From: the human T2T-CHM13v2.0 reference genome, Homo sapiens
DNA length: 64,000 nt
Direction: 5' to 3' (one strand)
NCBI RefSeq assembly: GCF_009914755.1
Contig: NC_060926.1
Part shown: in pieces, positions 33,420 to 47,109 of the stretch
Layout: the number at the start of each line of letters is the position of its first letter
How positions within the stretch are numbered: position 1 is the first letter of the stretch
The notes under the pieces: generated by a model
What the model saw: only the letters and a program-made list of their open reading frames with translations
Database searches by the model: none
Told to the model about the DNA's origin: nothing
Position numbers and translations under genes: made by a program

Positions 33420-33516
33420 TGGAAGACTTTCAAAGAAGACCTGAGGTTTTTAATGAAAGCAGATTTTGGCTTCCCCACTGTCCCTGCAACCACTTCTAAA
33501 GCTTCAGTTGCTAAAG
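33420..33516 (+). repeat. 97-bp dispersed direct repeat, copy 1
   Basis: 96/97 identical to 35202-35298. Confidence 0.97.
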
Positions 33517-35201
33517 GATCCTGCTTTAATGCCTTCCATCCCCCATTGGTGTGAGCTTTGGTCCTAGTGAAGAGAATAACATCAAAGAAGAGCCTGCCAA
33601 GCACCTCACTGCCTTTTTCTCAACATCGTAGGACAATACTTGCTCTTTCCTGGGGTATAGCTACTTGTCGTGAGAAGTGATATTGAGAAACTGACAGGCC
33701 CGAGTTCACCTTCGATTTTGTCGTTCCAATAAAGACATCATTAGTGTTGCTTTTTTTAAAATTAAATACTCCAAAGTTTTATTACACAATGGTGTAATCT
33801 CTTTAAAAAAACTGCTACATGAGCATAGATGTATGCTTCCCCCAACATTAAAGGGATTTTTCATTTCATGAAAGGGTTTACCACAATATTCATTCACAAA
33901 TAATTTTACCTTATGAAGTTATAATTTAGAATAATCGAAGTCCTATTAGCTGTGTGTTAGAATTGAACAATCCCAATGTGAAGGTTTCTGAATGGCAATT
34001 TTATTTGTTAGCTACAGCGCGAGTTTTGGGCTTCCAGTCCTCTTCTCTGTTCTGCTAGATGGACAAGAGAGGGGAAAATGTTTGGCATGGAAACAATTTA
34101 AAAAACAAAAGAAAATGTAGGTGCTATGAATATTTCTCTCCTGTAGAAGTAATGTAGCTATGTCAATACCAACTTCAGAGACTTTATGGTCCAAGCATTT
34201 AGATGACAGGGTGCCAGGCATTTTGGTGGTAATACGAAGTCAAGTCTCTTACTAAACTTCAAGGTGGTAACATAGTACAGTGGATATGAATTTGCAGCTG
34301 CATATAGAGGCATGTGAGAAAGTTTATGCTTGCTTTTCACTGCTCTGAAGGTAAACTTCACATCAGTCTTTCTAGAAGATTCCAAGTGACCAAAGTGGCT
34401 TCAGCAGAGTAAAACTTTCACGAATGACCACACCAGTTTCAGTCCACACAGACTGCCATCATGGGTTCATTATTCAGCCCTACATTGTGTGTGATAGCTA
34501 CTACCACTTCTGTCCTCCTACTTCTATTCTATTATTGGATAAGGAGAACATTGCCAAGGCAGGGAGCTAAAGTCCAGCCTTCCTAAGTGTCTTATGTACA
34601 CATCCTCTCTAGGTATGTTGCCATTGTTTCAAGTCCCTGTAAGCAATAGTTGTGGTCTCCAAATGCTACTCACTACCTAGCTTCAAACATTTTTCCCTCT
34701 CTTGCTCTCTTATCCAACCAAAGAAGGAGTTCCTTGTTATGCTTACCAGGAGCACTCCAGTTACTTTAGACTTTTACAAAAGCTAAAAAGATGGTCACGT
34801 GCAAAGGCCCATAGGATAAGAAAACACAAAGGCACTACCTTCTAGAATGGCAGAGGGAAAAACAGAGAACAAAGTACAAGCAGCTCTTAATCTCCCTGGT
34901 TCTTCCACGACAAAGGAAGCAAAACATAAATTACCACCTGAATACCTTTTTCTGCCACCTTGGATACTCAAATGTTGAAAAGGAATCACCTGAATGAGGC
35001 CCCAGAGGAGGACTCAGTGCAGAAAGAATTCTCATCCTCTTCCTTCAATCCGAAGTGAGAGAGGCAGATGGGTAGAAAAAAAAATCATGTAATTGGATTC
35101 CCACTTGGGCCACTGACTTAATGTTATGTACATATGTATAGATTTATGCATCACTATCACTTAATGCTATGTCTGTACTCTCAGGTTTCCTCACATGTGT
35201 A

Positions 35202-35298
35202 TGGAAGACTTTTAAAGAAGACCTGAGGTTTTTAATGAAAGCAGATTTTGGCTTCCCCACTGTCCCTGCAACCACTTCTAAAGCTTCAGTTGCTAAAG
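35202..35298 (+). repeat. 97-bp dispersed direct repeat, copy 2
   Basis: 96/97 identical to 33420-33516. Confidence 0.97.
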
Positions 35299-35548
35299 TT
35301 TTCTAACTTGATTGACGTGATCTTCAGAAAATCCAGGAAATAGTAGGATATGCCTACTAGGTGTAACAGAGATTCCAAGATAGGCTGGGTGGAAAATGGC
35401 AGTAGGTCATGGGGCTGGGGGTGAGGAACCAAGGAGTAAACTGGTTCTATAGGCCTCAACAAGTCTACAGGCCTGTTGTCAGAACATAATCCAGTCAAGT
35501 TATAAGCATCTTGTTTTAAGGAATGAAAGCATTATACAAACAATGGCT

Positions 35549-35555
35549 ATATGTA

Positions 35556-35623
<68 letters not shown>
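35549..35623. repeat. Compound (TG)n(TA)n(GA)n microsatellite
   Basis: Directly visible. Confidence 0.95.
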
Positions 35624-35626
<3 letters not shown>

Positions 35627-35634
35627 GGTCTTAC

Positions 35635-35960
35635 TGTTGCAGGACTTTTCCTTAGTTCAGCTAAAGATGGGGTCCTTTGTCCCATGGCCATGAAAATTTA
35701 GGCTTGCAGGCAATTTGAATGGTGAGTAAGATAGAGTTTTATTGGGTGAAAAGGAATAACAGGAGGAAATAGGGACTCTCACAAGGCCAGAGTCCCTGCT
35801 GGAGCACTTCCTGCCCAGCAGATTGAATCCCAGTTTCCACAGAGGAAAAGGAGGAGCCTGGCTCCTCCCCACCGCAAAGGATGTGAAATTCTGTGGCTCC
35901 ACCCTGGTGTACAGGCTGCTTGGAGTTTCTCCAAGGACTCCCTCCCACTTGGCTGTCTCA
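35635..35960 (-). mobile_element. ERV1 3' LTR (MER48/LTR19-like)
   Basis: Minus strand tgagacagccaagtgggaggg..agctgaactaaggaaaagtcctgcaaca, preceded by polypurine tract agagaggggaa. Confidence 0.8.
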
Positions 35961-36545
35961 TTCCCCTCTCTGAAGAAGTACATCTAACTGCCACTAGAAT
36001 AAAGATAAGGATAAGGACGAAGACCAATATTAACTGCTTCCTGCTGACAGGGGGCGCTGTTTTGGGGAAACTGCAGTCAGAGCTCCCTCTGAGGCCTCTC
36101 TAAGGGTTCCCAGCAGAAGGGGCCATCATCAGAGGTTCCGGTTGCATGACCGTTTGGAGTTTGATGGCCTGAAAACAAGAAGAGACAAATCAGGTTATTA
36201 GAAAACGTGCATTGAAACAAAACAAAGAAGGGGTAAGGAATGCTCAAAAATCCCAATTCCTTTTACCACTTCGTACAGGGAGAGGGAAGCCAAAAGCCCG
36301 ACCAACGAAAAACTTGAGTCTTTTGCTGGCATGTTGGGCTTCTGAGTTCCCTTCTCCTGAGCCCAATCCTAAACCAAAGAGTTTAAGGTTTGGAAAATTA
36401 ACTCTTTCCAGTTTGGAGGATGCATCTGAGGGGAGTGTCCCCTAGTGCAGAGACACAATTACCTATCTGTGAAGAGAGGACAGAAGAGGAGAAAGGAAAA
36501 CGATATTTTTTTCAAGAGTCCCAGGGGTTCAGGATGCATAGGGGT
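35961..36545 (-). mobile_element. ERV1 internal (3' non-coding) fragment attached to the LTR
   Basis: Polypurine tract at the junction; ERV1-internal-like motifs (gaccgtttggagtttgatggcctg, ccagtttggaggatgcatctgagggg). Confidence 0.7.
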
Positions 36546-38483
36546 ATGTCCTATGGGAGGCTTTGGGTACCAATCAAGACTCCACAAATGTGTACACAAC
36601 ACTATAACATGGGGAAACAACCATTCGAGTTTAAGATTTTGGTGCTTATGCTTTAAGCTTTTAATGAAATCCCACCTTACTTGTTTAAGAAGCTTTCCTT
36701 ATACCTTCTTTCCACAGTTTGCACCTTCAGGGTATTAGAAAAAAAATAAAAATGCTTATAACAAGCTAATTCAAGTGGGAGTGGGAAGATGACAAAGATG
36801 GATATTTGGAAGAGAAACTTCACATACTGGTCTGTCATCTGCCTGCCATTGTTTGATTCTCATATCCTTTGTGTCTCTCAATGTCTAATAAATGGGGCAT
36901 CCTTTTATCTTCAGTCAAGTAAAATTTAGTTACTCCTATCCTGACAGGTCAGCTCATTCAATTTCTTCTGTGAGTGAGCCAATGGCCTTGTGAGACAAGA
37001 TAAAAAACAGAGGTGAAGGGGGTTGAGCCAGAGTCCAAAAATCCCAATTCTGTTTCCGTACCTTAATAACTTTGAGATTGTGCAAAATCATTTAGTATTT
37101 TTGTTATGTGTTTATTTTATTATAAATAGTATTAGAAATATTATTAATAATGCTCAAATATATTGAAGGGTAGTCACAGTGACCAGTTGATACATAGTAT
37201 GTAAGTGCTTGGTAAAGTAGTATGTAAATAAAATAACTAACTGTAGTATTAAAATAAGACACATCTGATGACATAATTTTTGGCTCAATGGTCCCAGGCA
37301 TTTTCAAAGTTCTCAGCCAAAATGATTCTAAAAATGATGAAGCTAAGGAAAGACGGCTTTGAGAAGAACCTTAAACAAATGTAACCACAGGTTGTGAAGG
37401 AAGTGACTTCTTGGATATACGCCTGGTGTGGCAGAAGCATTTTTTGAGACACTCACTTGTGTTTGTCTCCCAGCATTTTCCTTCTCCCTTTTTGGCCGAT
37501 AGGATGCTGGATGCTCCCTTGCATAAGGGCAGGGTGGTGGCAGAGTGGAAGTAGGAGTAACCACCAGTTTTACTTCCTGGCTTTTGTTTTACACAGACCT
37601 AAAGTCATTGAAAGGATTATTTGAAATAACAGTGTTTCTGAGGGAATCATTAGTATTGGTTCTGGGAGTCGGCAGGGAGCCAGTAATCTGTGGGCTAGGA
37701 AAGCAGAAGACTGATGTCATCCTGGCTTCACATGAGGGGATGGCAGGAAGTCAGAGGGAAATGGCTGCCTTGTTTCCTAGCTTTGTGAAGGGCCCCTTTC
37801 CTCTAGCATGATCAAAAGTTGCAGAGCCAGGGACCCGAGGACATCATGTAAATGGGATGAATGAATACCTTAGCAATAGATGTGAGCTGTTTATTAGTAG
37901 CTGAAGCAATCTCCCCAGGAACTAAGACCCTGAGAACTGTCAACTCCTCTAAATAGGGACAGCCCCAACTGGACTCATTTGTGATTTGCATAAATATAAT
38001 TAGCACTTGTGGTATCAAAATTAGATTGATTTTAAGGAAAGTGTTGTTTTTTGCCCACTTGAATTATAAGATGTCTTAAAAAATAATAATAATAATGAAA
38101 AGGAAGCCAATTGAATTAGCAAATATACTTTTTTCTTGTCTAAATTAATCTGCACTGAATCCAATTGCTTTAGTAGATTTAATTATTATTCATTGGTCAA
38201 TTAAATCTATTTAAGATACCATAGCAGTTAATATTGAACACAGTGTATGAACATAGCACTGAGTGTGGAAATAATTTAGTTATTGCATGTGATTTAATTA
38301 TTTTTATAATACAAATAGTTCTTAGTCTGTGTGTTTCTTCACCATCATGGTATGTGCCTGAATAAAGCAAATCTCCAAACCACAATTGAATCAATCATCA
38401 TTCCCCAAACAACATTTTTATCACAGATGTTAATAAGTAACAATATGAATTAAACTGAATCTGCTCTTTTTATGTATAATCAC

Positions 38484-38893
38484 TGGTATGGTTTGGATAT
38501 GTATCCCCACCCAAATCTCATGTTGAATTATGACCCCCATTGTTAGAGGTGGGGCCTGGTGGGAGGTGATTGGATCATGAAAGTGGATCTTTCATGAATG
38601 GTTTAGCACAATCTCCTTGGTGCTGTCTTATAATAGAGTTCTCAAGAGATCTGGTTGTTTAAAGGTATGTAGCATCTCCCCACTCTCTCTTCCTCCTACT
38701 CCAACCATATGAAGTGCCTTGTTCTTCCTTTGCCTTCCGCCGTGATTGGAAATTTCCTGAGGCCTACCCAGCAGCAGAAGCTGATATGCTTCCTGTACAG
38801 CCTACAGAACCATAAGCCAATTACACTTCTTTTCTTTATAAATAACCCAGTCTTAGGTATTTCTTTATAGCAGTGTGAAAATGGACTAATAAA
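38484..38893 (+). mobile_element. MST-family MaLR solo LTR
   Basis: tggtatggtttggat..ccccacccaaatctcatgttgaatt..aaatggactaata. Confidence 0.92.
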
Positions 38894-39276
38894 GAAAATA
38901 ATGGAATTTTAAAGCTGAAATTGGTTTTACAGAATATCTAGCTTCCACCCCTGCCTATTTAATAAATATGAATATGGAACCCAAAATTTGACTAGCCTAT
39001 CTAAATTCACAGAGAACAATAGTGACAGGAAAAGGATTAGAACCCAGCATTTCTGACTTCTGGCCTTTATTCTGTATTTTACCTTGTAAAATTCTATTTA
39101 CCACCTCTGTAAAAATGATCTTATCCAAGGTAATTATATGTGTAGAAAAACTAGCTTTAAACGATAATATTATATTAACCACAATTTCTTGACTTTTTGC
39201 TCTATCCCAGGCATCATACCTGCTTACAGTTTCTCATCTTATTTTTTAAACAAACCTACGAGGTAGGGAGTATTAG

Positions 39277-39722
39277 TGTCTTAGTCCATTTACTGTTTCA
39301 ATAGCAGAATACCTGAGACTGGGTAATTTACAAAGAAAAGAGATTGATTTGGCTCATGATTTTGGTGGCTGGAAAGTTCATGATCGGGCAGCTGCATCTG
39401 GTGAAAGCCACAGGCTACTTCAACTCATGGTTAAAAGAGGAAGAGGAGCAGGTGTGTGCAAAGAAATCAGTTGTCAAGAGTTTTCCAAAAGAGAGAAATG
39501 GGGGAGGCTAGACTCCTTGTAACAACCTGCTCTTGTGGGAATTAATCCATTCCTGAAAGAGTGAGAACTCACTGACCCCTGAGACAGGACATGAATTTAT
39601 TCGTGAGAGATCTTCCAGTACGGCCCAAACACCTTGTACTAGGCTCACCCTCCCAACACCACCACACTGGAAATCAAATTTCGATGAGTCTTGCCAGGAA
39701 CAAGCCATATCCAGCCATAGCA
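39277..39722 (-). mobile_element. MST-family MaLR solo LTR inserted in a MIR-like segment
   Basis: tgtcttagtccatt..gaatacctgagactgggtaatttac; perfect 5-bp TSD attag. Confidence 0.9.
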
Positions 39723-39975
39723 ATTAGGCTTCCAATTTTATGTGTTAGGAAACTAAACCTGAAGGAAGAGGAGTCAAATTGCAAGCGTATTGAGTGTAGA
39801 AGCTCCTATTTAAACATAGGTTGTCAGACACCAGAGCTCAATCTAATAGGATTCAATTTTCAAATTTTAGAAAATTGACCAAATTAATGTGTTATTCATT
39901 TGGCGAATATTTAAGTAAAATATTTAAGATTTCTGTGAGCAGACGCTGATCTAGATACTGGATGTAGACTGGTAA

Positions 39976-40525
<550 letters not shown>

Positions 40526-41416
40526 TGATGTGATATTCCCTTTGCTAGTGCTCTGCCATTTTGAGGACTCAGCAGAGTCCTCTTTCTGCTCTGACTTACT
40601 CAGTCTTTGAATGATTGTCAAAATTCCCGGGAGAGAATCTGACTAGATCATCTGTCATGTGACCCAGGGCAGGCCTTTTCAGTGCAGTTGCCATGTCAGG
40701 CCACATCGTGGATTGCAGCCAGCTTCTGGGTGGCTGCATTCTAGTCAGGTGCCGATTCTTGTTGAGCCAGCTCTGGCAAGGGTGCAGGATCACAACAGAT
40801 AAAGAGTAAGATGAGGAATTGGCATGATGGAGCTCAGAGAACCATTGCCAGCATAATTGCAATATTTCAATTCTATAAATTACAGAGGCCTCTTCATGAT
40901 TATTTTGGCTATATGAAACCATTCACTCATTTTTAAAAGTAGGCATTTATTGAGAGTTGGCTGAGACCTGGATAGGTGGAGTTGTATTTAAAAAAAATAC
41001 ATTATTTTACTCATCCTATACTTATCTTGATCAAACTCATTTAAGTGAGAGATAAAATACAAATTTTCACACAGAATTTATAGTTTGTCTTACTTTTACA
41101 GAATTGTTTCTGATATTCTCTTTTTCATTATATGTAATACATTTTGAAGTATTAAAACAAGAGGATTTAAAGATGAAAAGGATATAGTTCCTATCTCAAG
41201 AGTGCCCAAGGGAGTCAGATAAGAAAATAAACAAGCATAATACAGAAGATAAAGATGTGCTTTAGATATTATGGGTTTATACAACAAAGGTATCTTCTGG
41301 GGCTAGAGCTGGGAGCAGGGAAAGGTTAGAAAAGGCTTCTCAAAGAGAGAGTGACACCGAAGCTGCACCCTGACAGGCAAAATGAGAGGCGAGGTGCATG
41401 CTAAGCAGAGAAAATC

Positions 41417-41735
41417 CAGTTGGCGCTCTGTATCCCTGGGTTCCACATCCATGGATTCATCTAATCGAGGATTCAAAATATTCAGAAAAAAATGCCTCTG
41501 TACTGAACATGTGCAGATTTTAAAATTGTCATTATTCCCCAAACAATACAACAACTGTTTGCATAGCATTTATATTGTATTAGATATTAGAAGTAATCTA
41601 GGAATGATTTAAAGTATACAGGAAGATGAGCGTAGGTTATATGCACAGTTTATATAAGGAACTTGAGCGTCTGTGGACTTTGGTGTCCTCTGGAGGTTCT
41701 GGAACCTATCCCTCATGGATACCAAGGGACGATTA
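41417..41735. mobile_element. MER2-like Tc1/mariner (Tigger) MITE
   Basis: Terminal inverted repeats cagttggcgctctgtatcc / ggataccaagggacgatt; MER2-type core. Confidence 0.82.
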
Positions 41736-43518
41736 TAATTCAGAATATCTACAGTGAAGTTTGTGGACAGTGGTGGTAGTAAGAGAAGCCTTGGAAAGAA
41801 AAGAAGAGGGATCCCTAACGCCCAAACTATTTTTATGTCTTTATAAGGCTTTTCAGAGTCCTTAAAGAATTTTCAGCAAAAAAAAAAAAAAAAAAAAGAG
41901 TTTTAGTTTTAAAAATTACTCTGACAGTGGTATGGAGGAACCAGTTTCAAATATAAACCTGGAGATCAGTTACAAGTATGAAAATATAATTGTTGGAATA
42001 TTACAGTATGTTGCATTTTTCTTTTGGCATTTTCCTCCCTGCACTTCCACTAAAGTAGCAGTCTTTTCTTACCTATTTGCCTCAGGGGAGGACTTCAAGG
42101 AGTTAAAATCAGATGTTCTCTTCTCTGGCTTGTGTTTTTCTAAATTCAGAGTTTTTGTAGAGGTTATACTAAGTGTCTTTGAAACCACCAAGCAGGGAGA
42201 GAGAATATTTTAAATGAGAATAAAAAAGGAAAAGGCAACAATTCCCAGCAAACAAACAAACAAAAAAATGTGCAAGTATTTGCCCCTACACAATAACGGT
42301 ATGAGCAGGTAGCAGGTGCCCCGAGGGCTGGCTGCAGTCTTTCTCATGAGCTACAGGGAAGAGTCCCCTACCACTGCCAGACTTGAAAGGATCACTGTGA
42401 TCTTTACCTTGAGGATACCAGAACCCTCCTGGATTGACTGAAATCAGGGGTGATTGTCCATTTTCTGAGTCCTGTTTCAGACTTTTGGGTTCACATGTGG
42501 CCCTGGGAGACCAGGGTGTTGCAATAATTGTGATATTCTTTTTCCCCCATGACCTGAATCAGATGAATGCTCAGAATCAGGTTCATTTGATTAAAAGAAA
42601 TAAGTAAATGTGCCAATACCCATTTAGTACATGAACTCTTAGTGGCCACAGATGGCTGGGTAGTTATTCAAGCAAAAACTAATGTGGGTCTGAACTAGCT
42701 TACTAACAGAAGAGAAGAGGAGTTATAGACAGATTCAAGAACTACTAAGACAGTTATTAAAACTTGATGATTACTTGTGCATGTGGGTTGTAGCCACCAC
42801 AGTTAGTGCCTCACCCCTTTGCTCTGAGTGTACCCCAGAGGTCACTTTTAGAAGTGTCCAAGGCCCCTGAAGGGGGCTGTCTAGAAGAACTGAGCGTAAA
42901 CACCCCTTTCTCCTTGATTTTATATAATCGACTCTAGGGGTAAGTGGCTTAAAAATGGGGAATTATAAATACCTAATGAGTTATTAGGAACCATATTCTT
43001 AAAGTACAGATGTCTTTATCAGATCAGAATAATTGGTCATTGTCCCAGAAATTCAATCATCTATGTCCAGAATATGAACAAAAAAACCCTGAGTCTTGAC
43101 TCACTTGTTAATTCAACAAACACCTTTTGGTAACCTCTTTGTTGGGCATTGAGTAAAGTGCTAAGAATTCAGAGATGAACAAGATACACATTCCTTGGTC
43201 TTAAGTATATCTTAGTACACAGAGCTACAAATAGAAATAAATAATTCCAGAGGAAGAAGTACTTGTTTCAAGTGTCAAGTAGGATGTAGGAGCAGGAGAA
43301 GGAGCCGTGGGGATTAAGACTGATGGTGATGCAGACTTAGTTCATACTGAGGAGTTTGGGCTTTATTCTTTATTCTGTAGGCAATGGTAAGCACTGAGCA
43401 GAAAACCTAAACAAATACAATACCAGTAGTCTCATTATTTCTTTGGAACCTGTTAACCTGTAATGCCATGGCTTGTTATGTCTGGCTACACGATACTACT
43501 GGTCATAATTGAACATTC

Positions 43519-43519
43519 C

Positions 43520-43569
<50 letters not shown>

Positions 43570-43573
43570 CACA
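43519..43573. repeat. (TC)n(CA)n microsatellite
   Basis: Directly visible. Confidence 0.95.
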
Positions 43574-44145
43574 CCAGATACCATGGATGGTCTCTGTACA
43601 TACTGCAAATATTCCCCAGCATGCGGGCTAAGAATCAGGCAGTGTTTTTGTCCACATCATTTGGAGTGTGATCACTTTAGCTGGGCAAATGCTGTGTTTT
43701 ACCCTTCCTAAGTCAGGCATTGCTGGGCATACACAGGAAATCATGTGGCAGCCTTCACTGATAGACCTGAGGCTTGATCATTTCAGCCTCCTTGAATTTA
43801 GTAAGACATTTGCCATTGATAGCTCTGGTTGATTGTGAAAATTACCATCTTCTGAGGACATAAGAAAAATCAAGGCTAGCCTGACATAATGAGCTGGGTC
43901 TTCACACTTTTCAAAATGAAATCTTGAAGACATAAGAATGATTTTCCCGTTGGATAGTAAAAAATACATAGATTTGAAGTCAAAAAGATCTAAAACTTCA
44001 GCTTCATCATTTAGTTGATGGGCATCCTTATAAAAATGTATCATACTACCTTAAGACTTAATATTACTACTGGCATAGATGGCATAGTAATAACAGCTTC
44101 ATAATTTGGTAGGCATTTAGTAATCTAATGTATATAAATAGTAAC

Positions 44146-45059
44146 TGTGATGGTTATCTGTGGCTAATAAATAATCCCCAAATTTAGTGGCTTAAAGCAA
44201 CTTTTTTTTTTTTTTATGCTCCTGGCTTCCGTGATTCAGGAATTTGCACAGCAGGAATAACTTGGATCTGTTCCATTACATCAGAGCCTCAACTGGGAGG
44301 CCTCAAAGACTGGGGGTGAGGCCAGGTACAATGGCTCACGCCTATAATTCTAGCACTTTGGGAGGCCAAGACAGGAGGAGCCCTTAAGCTCAGGATTTTG
44401 AGACAAGCCTGGGCAACATAGTAAAACCCTAATCCTTATAAAATAAAATAGCCAGGCATGGGTGACATGAAGGTATAGTTCCAGCTAGTCAGGAGGCTGA
44501 AATAGGAGGATTGCTTGAGCCTCGGAGGTTGAGGCTGCAGGGAGCCATGATTTTGCCACTGTACTCCAGCCTGGGTGACAGAGTGAGACCCCATCTCTCA
44601 AAAAGGAAAAGACTAGGGGTGATCAGACAGCTAGAAGCAGGTACATCATCTAGAAGCACCTGCATGTGAGTCACATGTGTCAGACTGTCATGTCTTACAG
44701 TTGATCTGATGAGTGGCAGGGACCTCAGTGGAGGCTATCAGCCAGTAGACTCATGTGGCTTCTCCATGTGGCCTGGGCTTTCTCATAGCATAGTGGCCTC
44801 AGACTTCTTACATGGTGGCTCAAGCCTCCAGAAATGAGCTTCCCAAGAGAACTAGATGGAACCAGCATTACCATGTATGACCTAGCTTAGGAAATCATAT
44901 AGCTTTCCTTTGCTCTAGTCACAGTCCTATCCAGATTCAAAGGTAGGGAACATAGGACTCACCTCTCAACTGGAGTGCCAAAGCCACATTGTTTTCAAAA
45001 GAACACACAAGATAGGAAAATACTGTTGTGGCTAATTTGAGAAAATACAGTCTGTTACA
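44146..45059 (-). mobile_element. MaLR LTR (MLT1F/G-like) split by an Alu
   Basis: ccccaaatttagtggcttaaagcaac; tctccatgtggcctgggctt; TSD gtaac/ataac. Confidence 0.8.
44320..44607 (+). mobile_element. Alu (AluJ) nested in MLT1
   Basis: 15-bp TSD aaagactgggggtga / aaagactaggggtga. Confidence 0.95.
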
Positions 45060-45229
45060 ATAACTGACACATGGTAGCTCTTAATACAGTTTCTTCCTTT
45101 TCTACTTCTCAGGGCTATTTGGCCAAGTTTCTGTTCAAGGCAATGTACATTTTGTGTTCTTTAATTCAACCAACAAATAGTTAATACCAACTATGAAGAT
45201 CTTTATTATAAGAGTTTTTTTAATATGTA

Positions 45230-45425
45230 ACATGTATAGGGCACTTTACCTACATTGCTCATTTGATTCTTATAACACACTTATGAGGTAGGCATTATAG
45301 ATTATGCCATTTTAAAGAGGATCAAACTGAAATATGGAGAAATTAAGTGACCTTCCCATGTAAGTTGCTGGGCCAGAATTTGAACCTGAATAGTGTGGCT
45401 CTGGAGGGCACTGTTTTAACCATTC
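45230..45425 (-). mobile_element. MIR remnant
   Basis: ttatgaggtaggcattat..ccattttaaagaggatcaaactga..gggccagaatttgaacc. Confidence 0.7.
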
Positions 45426-46309
45426 ATATACTGTATCTTGCCTTTACCAATGTCCAGATCAATATTGTGATGCATAAACTTATTGATTTGTGACATTATT
45501 TTATAATGTCCAAAAAAGTGGAAAAATTATTTTACAGATATGAATAAATTGCTTTTATTTAAAAAATTAAACTGCTTTAAAATATAGCTCTTTTGGAAAG
45601 TCTTGGGAGTATGAGCACCACATTCATACATTATTGCTGGGAAAAGACAACTAATATGTTTTGGATGCCTTTTAACATGTCCAAAACTATGCTAGATTCT
45701 TTCCTAGAAATAATGACATATGGTAGGTACTGTTATTCCTATTTCATCAGGCACAATATTCTCTCTCTTCCGCTCTCTCTTTCTCATCTCTATCAATCTC
45801 TGATTTTGTTCAATCACTAATTGTTATTCCAATATTTATTGTGCACTTTCTCTGTATCAGGTACAAAGTAGAGATTATGGGCAAAATACTCTTAGGTCGC
45901 AGTAAATATATGGCCCCTGCCCTCAGTGATCTTACAATTTATCAAAGAAGGTTGATAATTAAAGAAACAATTACAATGAAGTTGTAAAAAATGCTGGGAT
46001 GGTGCGATTATGGGAATGAAGGAGCCCATTGCAGGAGACTTTCCCTTGTCCAAGGACAATCAGAAAGGAAACCCAGCATAAATGACATTGAAGATTAATT
46101 ATAAAGGAAGGTAATTAATGAAAAACAGACCCTTTTGTACATTGTCACTTATTTCTTTCCCAAATACTAAAAGATGTTTTATTACTGAAGAAGTAAGAAT
46201 GAAAAGTAAAAGTAACTGTCTCACAATTATTCTGGAATAACATGTGATTGAAACTGGTGATTCAAACCCAGATTTTTCTGACTCTAAAGCCTAGAGCTTT
46301 ACTCTATAG

Positions 46310-46490
46310 CAGTGTTCAAAAAGTTCAATGCGTTAATCACCAATATTCCTGGCACTGTTATCCTGTAGAAATACAGATTCAAGAGCCCTACCTGACCAGC
46401 AGAATGAGAATCTTGGGGGCAAGGCTCAGCAATCTCTGTTTTATTTACCCTTCAGGTGATTTTGATGCTCCTGAAGTTTGAGAACTACTG
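46310..46490. mobile_element. MER5-like hAT MITE
   Basis: TIR-like ends cagtgttc.. / ..gtttgagaactactg; ccttcaggtgattttgatgc core. Confidence 0.75.
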
Positions 46491-46747
46491 TTCTAAACAT
46501 AATGAGGTAGAGTTGGACAGGGTTACAATCCTCAAGGAGTTTAAAATCAAATAAAGAGATAAACAAAAATAAAAATGAAAGTAGAAAAGGTGCCATGTGA
46601 TGGTATGACTTGATAAGAGGTCAGTATAAGGGAAGTGAATGTGCTGCTTGCATAATCAAGAAAATGATCAAGAAAGACATTATAAAAAAGATGGCATTGA
46701 ATGGGGACTTGAAGGCTGGGGAAAATCTTGATATAGTAGAAGAAGGC

Positions 46748-47109
46748 TGAATTAGTCCATTTTCATACTGCTATGTATAACTGTGTGACTGTGTAATTTA
46801 TAAAGGAAAGAGGTTTAATTGACTCACAGTTCAGCATGGCTGGGGGAGCCTAAGGAAACTTATAATCATGGTGGAAGGCGAAGGGGAAGCAGGCACCTTC
46901 TTCACAAGGCAGCAGGAAGGAAAAGTGCTGAGTGAAGGGGGAGAGCCCCTTATAAAACCATCAGATCTCAGGGAACAGCATGGGGGAACCGCCCTCATGA
47001 TTCAATGACCTCTACCCGGTCTCTCCCTTGACATGTGGGGATTTGGGGGATTATGGAAATTGCAATTCAAGATGAGATTTGGGTGGGGGCACAAAGCCTA
47101 ACCATGTCA
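46748..47109 (-). mobile_element. THE1-family MaLR solo LTR
   Basis: THE1 motifs; perfect TSD aaggc. Confidence 0.93.
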
